DNA from: Nemertoderma westbladi
Lineage: Eukaryota; Animalia; Xenacoelomorpha
Length of the DNA: 64,000 nucleotides
NCBI GenBank assembly: GCA_032718475.1
Contig: JAUCBJ010001656.1
Location: 1-64,000 of the forward strand
Direction of reading: 5' to 3'
A program made the translations under genes and the position numbers. Each line of letters begins with the position of its first letter. Within the stretch, counting starts at the first letter, position 1. Below, in pieces: positions 27,039 through 37,626 of the stretch. The notes under the pieces are model-generated. The model made no database searches, was not told the origin of the DNA, and was given only the letters and a program-made list of their open reading frames with translations.

Positions 27039-27570
27039 GTGATACGTGATTTGCTTTGCTGTACTGCGTACAGTAAGGCAGTTAGAGTATTCTTAGGCTG
27101 TTAGTTTAGATCACTGATACTTCGTATCAGTGATACGTGATTTGCTTTGCTGTACTGCGTACAGTAAGGCAGTTAGAGTATTCTTAGGCTGTTAGTTTAG
27201 ATCACTGATACTTCGTATCAGTGATACGTGCATTTTATTGGCTGTAGGCTGTAGCGTACAGTAAATAGTGTATGCTTAGGCTGTTAGTAGTATCACAGTA
27301 TTGAGTAATAAATTAGAGCACGTGATCGTCTGCTGTAGGCTATAGGCTAGCGTACAGTAAGACATTGAGTATATTCTTTTAGGCTGTTAGTTTAGATTAC
27401 TGTATTCACTGGCTGCGTACACTAGTACAGTAGTACATTAGGCTGATTGCTGTTACTGCGTACGGTAGAAGGACATTTGTTTGCTGTACCACACACACAG
27501 TATCATTAGGCTGTTAGGTTGGTGTACTGTTTTACTTACTGTACTGCATACAGTGGATGTACGGTAGTGC
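27034..27570 (+). repeat. 91-bp hairpin-rich tandem repeats in the retrotransposon leader (2 perfect copies plus degenerate ones)
   Basis: TATCAGTGATACGTG at 27034, 27125 and 27216; hairpins ATCACTGATAC-TTC-GTATCAGTGAT and CTGTAC-TGC-GTACAG. Confidence 0.85.
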
Positions 27571-28415
27571 GTTTTTGCTAATTGCGAATACAGCAGTTCC
27601 TTAGGCCTTAGGGCAAACTGTAATTAGTAAGTTTTTTGAAAATTATTAGCTAGGTTTGCGAGAATTCAGTTTCGGTCAAAATTATTTTGTAAAATTCTAG
27701 AGTTTTGTACCGGTATGTTAGGTAACCGCTTAGTTATTTTATACCATCTGGAGATACATGGCAAGACGGGACTTCTGAGTTTGGGGTTCGTGTGGGTCTG
27801 CGGGTTCGGTTTGCAATCAGCGAAGGGCCTGAATCTTTGGACGCGGACGTGGAATCTCACAGCAAACAAGGTTAGTTGTTCTGTTGGCACCAGTGTGTTT
27901 GTGGAAGCAGTAAAAAATTATCGGTTGTTTAACTGCGAAGCTGAACTCAATTTATTAGTTAGGATATTTAGGTTTAGCCGGCCATGGTTTTGAATCGCTC
28001 AAGTTAGAGAGAGAGTTAGAGAGAGTCGCAACCCGAAGATGTAGCCACGCGCTAGTGGATACATATAATATTTGAAATTAAAATTACGTTGATTAGAGCT
28101 ATATATATATAAAATTAGAAATATTCGGGTGGCAAGTATATTTTGAATATTTTGTATTAGATTCAGAGTTATTTTGTGCTATACCGGTATTTAATACTAT
28201 ATAGTAGCTATATAATAATATTTTTGTTTAAATATTGTGCTAGTATTTGCTATAACTATATACCCCATTAAATTCACAATATTGCATTGCGAATTTATTT
28301 GACATTTGGACCAACTGATTATTTGACAAATAATTTGACCGTATTTCGGTTAAATTATAATCATATCTCGAACTTTTGCGAGATATTTTGCCGGAAGGCA
28401 AACATTATTTAGACT

Positions 28416-31400
28416 ATGAGTGTCTCAGACAAAGAGGCACTAGAGGACAGCTACGAGACGGCGGCTGGACCGCCGACTGACGATAGCGTCAATATTACTG
28501 TTGACGACAATGCCGACTATGACGACGCAGCGAGTGACGCTGACGTAAGCGAACAGGAGGACGAGACAGTGACTAGTGAGGAAGAACAACAACCTCAAGT
28601 AATAGTATTAGGATCCCCTACCGCTACTGATAGGAAGGACTGTACGGCAGCCCGGACAGAGGTGAGTGATAGGGAGGATAGTGTAGCAGAAGCGAGAGCC
28701 CGGAGCCCGGTTTCCAGACCTGTGGGTATGGTAAGTGCCGTGGTCCCAACGGCTGTAAGGAGTACCCGTAGTTCCCGAAATAATCCTTCAAGTCCACCGA
28801 GTGTAAGTCAGGTAAGTGATAGAGAACTTGATATCGCGATAAAGAAGAAACTTCGCGCGCATGCCGGACATATAACTCGGACGGCGGACAAGGTAAGAAA
28901 AATGTTGGCCGACTCAGCCAACATCGGGAGGGTAGAGTTAGCAGAGATTAGAAGAGGATATAACTCAGCGTTATTCAAGCAGACGGAGGAGCTTGCAGTC
29001 CTAGCGAAGAAGGCAGTAGAGTCTCAGTCGAGCGACGTGGCGACGAGGATTTACGACAGGGTTTTAGCAGCCTTGTTGGAGCACCGCGAGTTATCGGAGC
29101 GATTCCGACGAGTTAGGACAGAGAACTGGCTGCTATGGGCATCACAAGCGCAGGCGACTCAGGTGAGTGACGCAGAGTTGAGAGACTTAGTGGAGCGAGA
29201 AGAGACGCAGGATAAAGAGGAGCGCCGGTATCAGAGGGAAGTTACTAGCTGGCTGATGCAGAATGGAGTGGTGGTACCAGGTCAGGTGCTACCGACGACG
29301 GAGAACATCCAACAGAGGACGTTGACTCCACCCGACGATGCATCTAGAGACAGCGGCGATTCCCAGGTTAGTCACGCGCGAGGTAAGGTAATATGTGCTA
29401 GATCCCTTGTTTCTCACAACTCGGCGGAGGAGAGAAGACGCCGACTAGACGAACAGCAAGCGGAAGTTTTGCGTGCACAGGAAGCACGGAAGGAAGCCGA
29501 GCGGGAAAGGGAGCGCACACGTAAGTTGGACGCAGAGTTACGAGAGTTGGAGGAGATAAGTAAGCGCGAGCGAGCGGAACGCGAGCAAAGGGAACGCGAA
29601 CTCCAAGCCGAGCGCGAGCGCGAGGAACTCGAACGCGAACAGAGAGAACGCGAACTCCAACTTGAATGCGATCGGGAAGCGAAGAAACGCGAACTCCAAC
29701 TCGAACGCGAACAGAGAGAACGCGAACTCCAACTCGAACGCGAACAGGAAGCGAAGAAACGCGAACTCCAAGCCGAACGCGAGCGCAAGAAACTCGATCG
29801 TGAACAGAAGGAGCGCGAGCTTCAACTCGAACGCGGACGCAAGGAACGCGAACTCGAGATCGAGAAAAGAAGACGCGCATTGTATGAAGAAAGGTCGCGA
29901 GTAGAAGAAGAGAGCGCAGCGAGACGAGCGAGGGAAGAAGAAGAGCGTAAACTGGCGCAGTTGGAAAGTGCGAGATTAAGTTTAGAGAGCGAAGAACGGA
30001 CTAGGAAGGCGAACGAAATCGCCGAGAAGGGGATGCGAATGCTCGAAGAATGTGGGGCGAGTGTGGGGACAGAGTTGCGAGAACTGTTCGCACTGCAGAA
30101 GGCCGAACAGGAAGCGAGAACTCCGACTATACGCGAGTCAACGACGACCAGAATTCCTATACTCGGTCCAGTTATTACGAGTACACGGATCGCTAAACCA
30201 TTCTCTACATATCGCACGCCAGTTGGTATTAGTGCTTCACCCATCGCTCAGGATCTACGTCATCGGAACACCGCACCACTATATATCGAACGCGAGAACG
30301 GAGAGTTTAGAGAAGAAACTCCGACGGAACGAGTACTTGGCGAACCGAACCCGAGGGTTTGGAATACGCGGACGGAGCGCCGACCCAGTTCGACGGAGAA
30401 CTTCCGGGTTAAACCGGAAGAGGGATCATATGAGAGACAGCGGATTACTCAGATAGAGCCGACTATACAACAGAACCCTAGCCAGGAATTTATTACGAGG
30501 GATGAGTTAAGTGCTAGTTTAGCGCAAGCTATATCGCCGCACATCCAACCTATAACGGACATGCTTAGCAACCTACGGTTAAAGGAAGCAGCCCAGGTAA
30601 GAAGTAATTCTAATCCCAGCAGGCCTGAGTTAGATAAAGTCCAGCCTAGTCAACGAGTACGCATATCGGAGGAAACTATACCACATAGACCTCAGGTAAG
30701 GACGCCTGTCCCGAATATCCATAATCCCAATTTCGAAAATTCGGCAGAAAGATTTATTCAGGATGCTTGGGTCAGGGCCTCGGCGCGCAAATCATCGCGA
30801 GCGCTAAGGACTGACACCGAGTCAAGCGATGAAGAGGAAGAAATGAGACGTCAGAAGTCCCGAAACTATAAGGAAAGAAGGACCGACGCGGAGCAGGTAA
30901 GTTGGAACCACCGGGAAAGGACCAGACTTAACAACCCTGCGGAACTAAACCATTTGTTAACCCGGAACGACGCAACCCTTAGGGACATAGGTAAGTTTGC
31001 TGCTAGGCAAGGACTGCCGACGCAACAACCCCAGAAGTTTATGGGCAACCACAAGCACTGGAGGACCTTTAAAACCTATGTCGACGAGCAGCTAACCAAC
31101 AGCACCTTTACTCCCAACGAGAAGTTCAACTATTTGCTTCAGATGCTCCATCGAGAACCTAGAGCCATTGCTGATAATTTCGTCGGCAACGAAAGAGCAT
31201 TCGAGTTAGCAATGAAGACGCTTAGCGACATCTACGGGAATAAAACCAAGATGGCGCAGTCGATAGTAGAAGACTTGGGTAAGGGCGGAAGGATTACAAT
31301 TCCGTTAGAGCTGTTGAATTTAGCGAACGCTATTTCGAACGCATTGGACATCTTGAGGACGGTGAATCTACCTCATCATGGTGATCACGCCGAAGTTTTA

Positions 31401-34400
31401 AAGAGCGTAATAAGACGTCTAAACATGTGTTACCGACAGAAATGGCGCAAATTAGAGAATAAGTTGGAGGGCCAAGGTAAAGTATTGACACTTCAGCATA
31501 TTCATGACATGATAGCCACAGACGCAGTAGCAGAGATGAAATCAAACTTCTCAGAAGAGAATATGAGAGAGTCTAAACCTGTTACCGGTAAGTCTATGGT
31601 AAGTTTTGACGATGACAGGACCACTGTGACATTTAACTCAGTAGACAGATATAATTCGAGTACCCCAGCCTTTAGATCAGACTCGCGAGTATGGTCAGGT
31701 GAGCGGTTAGATAGACCTAGGTTAAAGCAACAGGAGTTGCCGGATGGATTTGTAGGTTGCCAATACTGTTTACTAAAGGAGGTAAGATCTGACGACCATA
31801 AGTTAGATAGTTGCAGACGGTTCAAAGAATTAAATTCGGAACAGAGAAGAGTTCAAGTGCGGACGTTGGACACCTGTTGGGCATGTCTTGCGCCAGGCCA
31901 TGTACGGCGGCAGTGCCCGAACAGCAAGTACGGATGCATGGAATGCGGCAGACTACATCACAAGTTGCTACATGCGGATTTCCATACCCCAACGGACCGT
32001 TACTTACAGCGAAATCCTCAAAGGAAGGGGAGCAAAGAACCCGTATCGATAAGGAGGAATACGTACACTGGCATCCAGGACGATGGTTACCAACCAGGTT
32101 CGTCGGACGAGGATGGCGAGTCGAGCGCGAGAGAGGTGACCTGCCAAGGTTTCACCGCGGATAGTTCATCGACCAGCGCGCGGACGTATTTATCATCGGC
32201 CACGTCGGAAATATTTAGCGTGATTCCGGTGAAACTCACCGGCGATAAGGGATCGAAGCGAATATATGTGATGTTGGACACTGCGTCCACATTATCGTAT
32301 ATCGACGAGGAAGTGGCAAGAGCCGTTTCTAGCTTCCAGGACGCCGAGGAGATCCAAATAGAGTTGAAGTCTATGCATGGGATAGGTGACCTCAAGGGAC
32401 ACAGAATTTCGGTGGAACTAGATTCCCTACTTCCGAGAGACCAGCATACTCGACAAGAACGGAAAGCTTTGCCATTGGACGGATTTAAGTGTCTAGCTAT
32501 GAAGGGATTCGGCAGGCAGTTAGGTAAGGTGCCGCCGATGAGTCCCATAGCACAGGAGTATTTTGACAAGCTCAGGATACCCAGACATCAGGTAGGTTAT
32601 AGGAATGTTTCTATGTTGATTGGTGCAGAACAGCTGATCGCACACCAGATATGGGAAACGAGACCAGCTGAGCCGCATGTCAATGGACCACATGCCCATA
32701 GGACCATACTAGGTTGGTATACAAGAGTACCCATGTCTCATGAGTTTACAGGTGGCGACAAGCCAATAGACAGATACGACGAATTACAGCCTATAACTCA
32801 ACCACCGTTAGTAGAACCACCAGACATAGACGAGTTTAGGAGAACCTGTATTGACCACTATAGTGACTTTAGCGAGTCGGACGAGGAGTTGATTCCCGAT
32901 AATGTTAGGTTGTCGGAACCACTTCATAACGACCGGACAGATAGTGAACCCGAGGACTACTGTTATCAGACCCGTGGGTCTGGTTCAGCGGCCCACGCTA
33001 CCTATCTGACTAACGTTTTGACTTATACAGACATAGTGGAGGGTCAGGTGGCTAAATATCGAGACCTAGACATTTTCCAATACAGTGAGGAGGAATTACA
33101 AAAGGAATTGATACGCCAGGACCTCGAGACAGGAGCCAGAACCGTCGAATGGCTGGATAGGGACGCAATGGAACCCGGTGGATATGACCTAGCCATGTCT
33201 ACTGATGAGAAACGGTCGCTGGAGATGATGGAAGATACCATACGTCTACTACCGACTGGACATTTTGAAGTTGGAATGTTGTGGCGTCGACAACCACCTA
33301 AGTTGGAGAACAACTACAACTTAGCCTTGAAAAGATTAAACGGAGTAAGGGCTCGGTTGTTGAAGAATCCGGACATTAGGGAGAAGTATTGCGCCCAGAT
33401 CAACAACTATTTCGCCAAGGGATTTGCTGGGAAGGTAGAGGACCCTGACTTGGTGACAGACCAGACTTATTACCTTCCACACCACTATGTGACTCACCCT
33501 GACAAGCCTGACAAAGTCCGAGTAGTCAACGACTGCGCAGCAGTCTATAGAGGAATGTCCCTGAATTCAGAGTTGATGGATGGTCCCAACCTGAATAACT
33601 ATTTGATTGGAATACTGTTGCGTTTTAGACAGCGGCGATTCGCATTTACTTGTGACATCGAGGCGATGTTCCACCAGGTAAGAGCCTGTAAGGCAGACCA
33701 GGATAGCCTTCGCTTTCTCTGGTACGAGAATGAAGACTTATCCGGCCCAGTGGTTACATACCAGATGTACGTTAGGATATTTGGTGCCCGCGATAGTCCG
33801 AATGGCACGCTGTTCGTTTTAAAGAAAACAGCAACAGCCCAGATTGGTAAGTATCCAGTAGAGGTAATTGAGTCTATATTGAGAAACTTCTATATGGACG
33901 ACGGATTGGTGTCCAAGGACACGGCGGAACAAGCCATAGAAGTGGCTCACGGCCTACAGGAGTGCTTGGCTACAGGGGGTTTCCCTCTAACCAAGTTCAC
34001 TACGAACTCGGAGGCCCTATTAGAATCGTTCCCGGTGAAAGATCGCGGGAGCGGAGACATTGAATTGGGGGTAGAACCAATCCCCATGGCGCGAGTACTG
34101 GGACTCGCTTGGAATCCGAATACGGATAAGTTCCAGGTAAGAGTTAGATTTGAGCCCAGTAGCCCAGACAAAGTTTTGACAAAAAGGATTTGCTTATCGA
34201 CATTGAGTAGACTATTTGACCCGATGAACTTTATCAGTCCGGTTATATTACAGGCACGAGCGTGCATGAGGAAAATTTGGTTGTCCGACATAGAGTGGGA
34301 CGAACCAATATCTCCTATACATGCAAAGCAGTGGAGGGAGTGGGAAGCCGAGTTGCATCTATTGAAAAATATAGATGTACCCCGTTCCTACTTTCCGAAT

Positions 34401-36140
34401 CAGCTGGTATTTCCAGCTGATCTCGAACTCCATCTATTTAGTGACGCAAGTGACACCGGCTTTGGTATGGTAGCCTACCTTCGCCGAGAGGTAAGTCAGG
34501 ACAAGTTTGAGACGGCCTTTGTGACTTCTAGATCAAAGACAATGCCGGTCAAATACATGACTGTCCCTCGTGCAGAGTTACAGGCGGCTGTAGTTTCATT
34601 CGAGGTAAGTAAGCAAATAACTGAGGAGTTAGACACGACATTGACCTTATTCTATTGGACGGACGCATCCTTGGTGTTAGTATACATTGCGGCCGACAAT
34701 ATTGCACTAAAGACATTTGTGGCCAATAGACGCGCTCAGATCGTCGACTTTTCGACGAAGGAACAATGGAGACATTGTCCGGGAGTGTTGAACCCGGCCG
34801 ACATAACTTCGAGAGGTGCAATGCCGGCGGAATTCTGTCAGGAAGAGTCGCAGGAGTTTTGGTTGCATGGACCTGATTTTCTAGCGAGGACACAGGAACA
34901 TTGGCCGGAGCGACTGAAGATAGTGACCAATCCGATGCCTGAAGATGCAGAAGTCAAGGTGGAGAAAGTCTCCAAGTCGAAGTCTAAAGCCAAACTTAAG
35001 TCATTGGAGTGGCCTGAAGAGTCATTGGAGCGGCCTGAAGAGTCATTGGAGCGGCCTGGAGACCTGTCAGACCAACAGACTTACGTGACTACTAGGTCAG
35101 GAAGGGTAAGTTATGACATCAAACCACCCTTACAGACTAAACCAGAGTCACAGTTGGTAAGTGACGGACAGAAAATGACCGACACAATGGATCCTTTGGT
35201 TTCCAAACCTGCGGGTTTGGATTCGAAACTTCCATTAATTAGCGGACAACCGTCGTTGGCATTAGAGCCATGTAGTGTTAATGACAAATTACTAAATTCG
35301 TCTGCCTCTTGGCTGACAATTTGTAAAAGAACTGCGTGGTTAAGCCGATACGTTTTGTACCTTTGTTTAAAACATTCGAAACATTTGAGAGAACCATTGA
35401 GCACCAATAGTGAGCGAATTCGGAAATTGAAACAACCTCTGACAGAGGATGAGATTGATCAAGCGGAATTAAAGCATTTGAAACATTATCAAATGTGTGC
35501 CTTCCCGAAAGAATTCCATCTATTATCGGCTCATCGACCAGTTCTCTATAAACCCCTTAGAAAATGGAGTCCATTAATCCATAAGGGTTTGATTTGTCAT
35601 AGATCGAGAATCCAGACTGTCGACATAAACTCACAGTTTCGGTTCTCAGTGATAATCCCTAGTCACCCAATAGAATTGCAAAGAGCGATTCTATGGGATA
35701 TACATAAGAGGTTGCATCACGCGGGAAAGTTACACTGTCTGTCGGCAGCGAGACAGCGATTCATTCTATTGCAGCCAAGCAGGGCAGTCGGCACCATGTA
35801 CGACGCCTGTCTGGTTTGCAAGAGGGTGAACGCCAGAGTATTGGAACAGGAGATGGCTGAACTCCCGGAAGCGAGAGTGCAGGCATATGACCCACCCTTT
35901 ACGAATACAGGGGTGGACTGTTTTGGTCCGATTGAAGCAAAGAGTGGACGGCTGACCCACAAGCGATGGGGTCTGCTACTGACATGTATGGCGAGTAGAG
36001 CCATACATATCGAGCGTGTGGCAGACATGTCGACCAAATCTCTGCTCCTGGCCTTGAAGAGATTTATGGCCAGGAGAGGACTAGTAAAGGCGTTCACTCT
36101 GACAAGGGTACAAACTTTGTCGGAGGGAATAGCGAGTTGA
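28416..36140 (+). CDS. BEL/Pao Gag-Pol polyprotein (coiled coil, Gag, Zn knuckles, aspartic protease, RT, RNase H, integrase N-half); frameshift at ~36094
   Basis: QKFMGNHKHWRTFK/EKFNYL (Gag); CQYC..H..C, CWAC..H..C, CMEC..HH; VMLDTAS (PR); YLPHH, DIEAMFHQV, FGARDSP, FYMDD (RT); FSDAS, WTDA, NPADITSRG (RH); HHAG..CLVC and GVDCFGP (IN). Confidence 0.95.
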   Translation: MSVSDKEALEDSYETAAGPPTDDSVNITVDDNADYDDAASDADVSEQEDETVTSEEEQQPQVIVLGSPTATDRKDCTAARTEVSDREDSVAEARARSPVSRPVGMVSAVVPTAVRSTRSSRNNPSSPPSVSQVSDRELDIAIKKKLRAHAGHITRTADKVRKMLADSANIGRVELAEIRRGYNSALFKQTEELAVLAKKAVESQSSDVATRIYDRVLAALLEHRELSERFRRVRTENWLLWASQAQATQVSDAELRDLVEREETQDKEERRYQREVTSWLMQNGVVVPGQVLPTTENIQQRTLTPPDDASRDSGDSQVSHARGKVICARSLVSHNSAEERRRRLDEQQAEVLRAQEARKEAERERERTRKLDAELRELEEISKRERAEREQRERELQAEREREELEREQRERELQLECDREAKKRELQLEREQRERELQLEREQEAKKRELQAERERKKLDREQKERELQLERGRKERELEIEKRRRALYEERSRVEEESAARRAREEEERKLAQLESARLSLESEERTRKANEIAEKGMRMLEECGASVGTELRELFALQKAEQEARTPTIRESTTTRIPILGPVITSTRIAKPFSTYRTPVGISASPIAQDLRHRNTAPLYIERENGEFREETPTERVLGEPNPRVWNTRTERRPSSTENFRVKPEEGSYERQRITQIEPTIQQNPSQEFITRDELSASLAQAISPHIQPITDMLSNLRLKEAAQVRSNSNPSRPELDKVQPSQRVRISEETIPHRPQVRTPVPNIHNPNFENSAERFIQDAWVRASARKSSRALRTDTESSDEEEEMRRQKSRNYKERRTDAEQVSWNHRERTRLNNPAELNHLLTRNDATLRDIGKFAARQGLPTQQPQKFMGNHKHWRTFKTYVDEQLTNSTFTPNEKFNYLLQMLHREPRAIADNFVGNERAFELAMKTLSDIYGNKTKMAQSIVEDLGKGGRITIPLELLNLANAISNALDILRTVNLPHHGDHAEVLKSVIRRLNMCYRQKWRKLENKLEGQGKVLTLQHIHDMIATDAVAEMKSNFSEENMRESKPVTGKSMVSFDDDRTTVTFNSVDRYNSSTPAFRSDSRVWSGERLDRPRLKQQELPDGFVGCQYCLLKEVRSDDHKLDSCRRFKELNSEQRRVQVRTLDTCWACLAPGHVRRQCPNSKYGCMECGRLHHKLLHADFHTPTDRYLQRNPQRKGSKEPVSIRRNTYTGIQDDGYQPGSSDEDGESSAREVTCQGFTADSSSTSARTYLSSATSEIFSVIPVKLTGDKGSKRIYVMLDTASTLSYIDEEVARAVSSFQDAEEIQIELKSMHGIGDLKGHRISVELDSLLPRDQHTRQERKALPLDGFKCLAMKGFGRQLGKVPPMSPIAQEYFDKLRIPRHQVGYRNVSMLIGAEQLIAHQIWETRPAEPHVNGPHAHRTILGWYTRVPMSHEFTGGDKPIDRYDELQPITQPPLVEPPDIDEFRRTCIDHYSDFSESDEELIPDNVRLSEPLHNDRTDSEPEDYCYQTRGSGSAAHATYLTNVLTYTDIVEGQVAKYRDLDIFQYSEEELQKELIRQDLETGARTVEWLDRDAMEPGGYDLAMSTDEKRSLEMMEDTIRLLPTGHFEVGMLWRRQPPKLENNYNLALKRLNGVRARLLKNPDIREKYCAQINNYFAKGFAGKVEDPDLVTDQTYYLPHHYVTHPDKPDKVRVVNDCAAVYRGMSLNSELMDGPNLNNYLIGILLRFRQRRFAFTCDIEAMFHQVRACKADQDSLRFLWYENEDLSGPVVTYQMYVRIFGARDSPNGTLFVLKKTATAQIGKYPVEVIESILRNFYMDDGLVSKDTAEQAIEVAHGLQECLATGGFPLTKFTTNSEALLESFPVKDRGSGDIELGVEPIPMARVLGLAWNPNTDKFQVRVRFEPSSPDKVLTKRICLSTLSRLFDPMNFISPVILQARACMRKIWLSDIEWDEPISPIHAKQWREWEAELHLLKNIDVPRSYFPNQLVFPADLELHLFSDASDTGFGMVAYLRREVSQDKFETAFVTSRSKTMPVKYMTVPRAELQAAVVSFEVSKQITEELDTTLTLFYWTDASLVLVYIAADNIALKTFVANRRAQIVDFSTKEQWRHCPGVLNPADITSRGAMPAEFCQEESQEFWLHGPDFLARTQEHWPERLKIVTNPMPEDAEVKVEKVSKSKSKAKLKSLEWPEESLERPEESLERPGDLSDQQTYVTTRSGRVSYDIKPPLQTKPESQLVSDGQKMTDTMDPLVSKPAGLDSKLPLISGQPSLALEPCSVNDKLLNSSASWLTICKRTAWLSRYVLYLCLKHSKHLREPLSTNSERIRKLKQPLTEDEIDQAELKHLKHYQMCAFPKEFHLLSAHRPVLYKPLRKWSPLIHKGLICHRSRIQTVDINSQFRFSVIIPSHPIELQRAILWDIHKRLHHAGKLHCLSAARQRFILLQPSRAVGTMYDACLVCKRVNARVLEQEMAELPEARVQAYDPPFTNTGVDCFGPIEAKSGRLTHKRWGLLLTCMASRAIHIERVADMSTKSLLLALKRFMARRGLVKAFTLTRVQTLSEGIAS

Positions 36141-36865
36141 ACGCGGCTCATAAAGCAGCACAGAATAAGGAAATTTCTGCAGCACTTTTGCCGCAACGAG
36201 TAGAGTGGAGATTCAATACTCCTGAAAGTCCTTGGAGAGGAGGAAGTTGGGAGCGTTTAGTTCGCTCTGTAAAACAGGCCATTGCCAAAACATTGCCTGT
36301 GAACAAACAACTTACCGACGACGAACTGGTCACAGCTTTCATTGAAATCGAGCATACCCTAAACTCGAGGCCGATAGCTATGTTGCCAGACGGTGTTGCA
36401 TTAACGCCGAATCATTTGCTAATGCAGAGTCCAGCATTTCTTGTGCCGGCATCAGAACCCATTAGTGCCGACCTATATAGTCGTAAAAGCTGGAAAGTAA
36501 CACAGTTTGTGGCGTACACATTCTGGGAATATTGGCGGGAATACTATCTTCCCACCATATCCACCAGAACAAAGTGGTACAAAACGGTTCGGAGTCTCCA
36601 AAGGGGAGATTACGTGTTGATAACCGAACCCATTGTCAAGAGAAAGTATTGGGAGACGGGAGTGATCTTGCACACACACCCAGACGTGCAAAACATAGTG
36701 CGCACAGTCACTGTGAAAATTAGATGCAAGTGTCCGCACCCAAAAAAGTGTAAAACTAATGGTTTACACACCTTGGACCGACCGGTCCAAGATATTGTGT
36801 TATTAGAGGAGACACGTATCGAGACGGGAGATTATAATTTGTCTCCAGCCTCAAAACAGAGTTAG
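36095..36865 (+). CDS. Integrase C-terminal half, in a shifted frame
   Basis: HSDKGTNFVGG (second catalytic D), PWRGGSWERLVRSVK (E), LNSRP, LTPNHLL, FWEYWREYYLP; a typical BEL/Pao integrase C-terminus. Confidence 0.9.
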   Translation, partial: HSDKGTNFVGGNSELNAAHKAAQNKEISAALLPQRVEWRFNTPESPWRGGSWERLVRSVKQAIAKTLPVNKQLTDDELVTAFIEIEHTLNSRPIAMLPDGVALTPNHLLMQSPAFLVPASEPISADLYSRKSWKVTQFVAYTFWEYWREYYLPTISTRTKWYKTVRSLQRGDYVLITEPIVKRKYWETGVILHTHPDVQNIVRTVTVKIRCKCPHPKKCKTNGLHTLDRPVQDIVLLEETRIETGDYNLSPASKQS

Positions 36866-37626
36866 TGTTGGACGCAACTCACTTCGTATGCATTCCTCGT
36901 ATGCAAATACAAGGAAATGCATAGGAGCGGGGTTGTGGTGATTTGCGTTGAGTTTTGTCTGGTGGGTATCAAAACAAAATTTTATTTTCAAAATTTTTGG
37001 AAAATTAGAAAATTTTAAAAATTAGAAGTGAACCCAAGACAATTCCAGACGCTGTGTATAGACGCGTTTTAGAATTCGTCTATAGAAAACAGTAATTTGA
37101 AAAGTCGTGAAGCCTGGAAAATAGCATTTAGAAACCATGGTGACGGCTATATTACGTAGGAGTGTAAATTGAGTTTAGCAACTTCCACAGATTGGTGCCA
37201 ACAGTGCAACTAGGGTGCTAAAGGTTAGTAGCACCAGAGGCGTACATGGACCCCACTCAGTAGTTTGCAGGATGTGTGATGTTCGATTATCAAACCTGTG
37301 GGTTTGGTATAGTCGAGTATTGTGGCTATAGTCCTTTCTAACTACTGTAGTTTAGTACGAGTAATGGGAGTAGTTTGGGCATCAAAAAGTGAGTTGGTCA
37401 CGGCCAGTTTATCTCCAAAGTTTTTGCGCTATGCATGGGAATAGGTTAGAGGATAGTTAGTTAGGAAGAGACGGGATCTAGAGAGTCGAACCTGAACTGC
37501 TGGAAGGCGGGGGGGGGGGTTCGGGAGGTCTGTCCTTCGGCGACATCTAACTGATTTACCCACAGTGTAGTTGGTTACGTAACGGCACTTATTGGGATAT
37601 ATATATATGTATATACGCGTAACATA

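Noticed and set aside
29398-36739. Antisense and alternate-frame ORFs overlapping gag-pol
   Set aside because: Shadows of the repetitive coiled-coil region and codon bias; no independent motifs.
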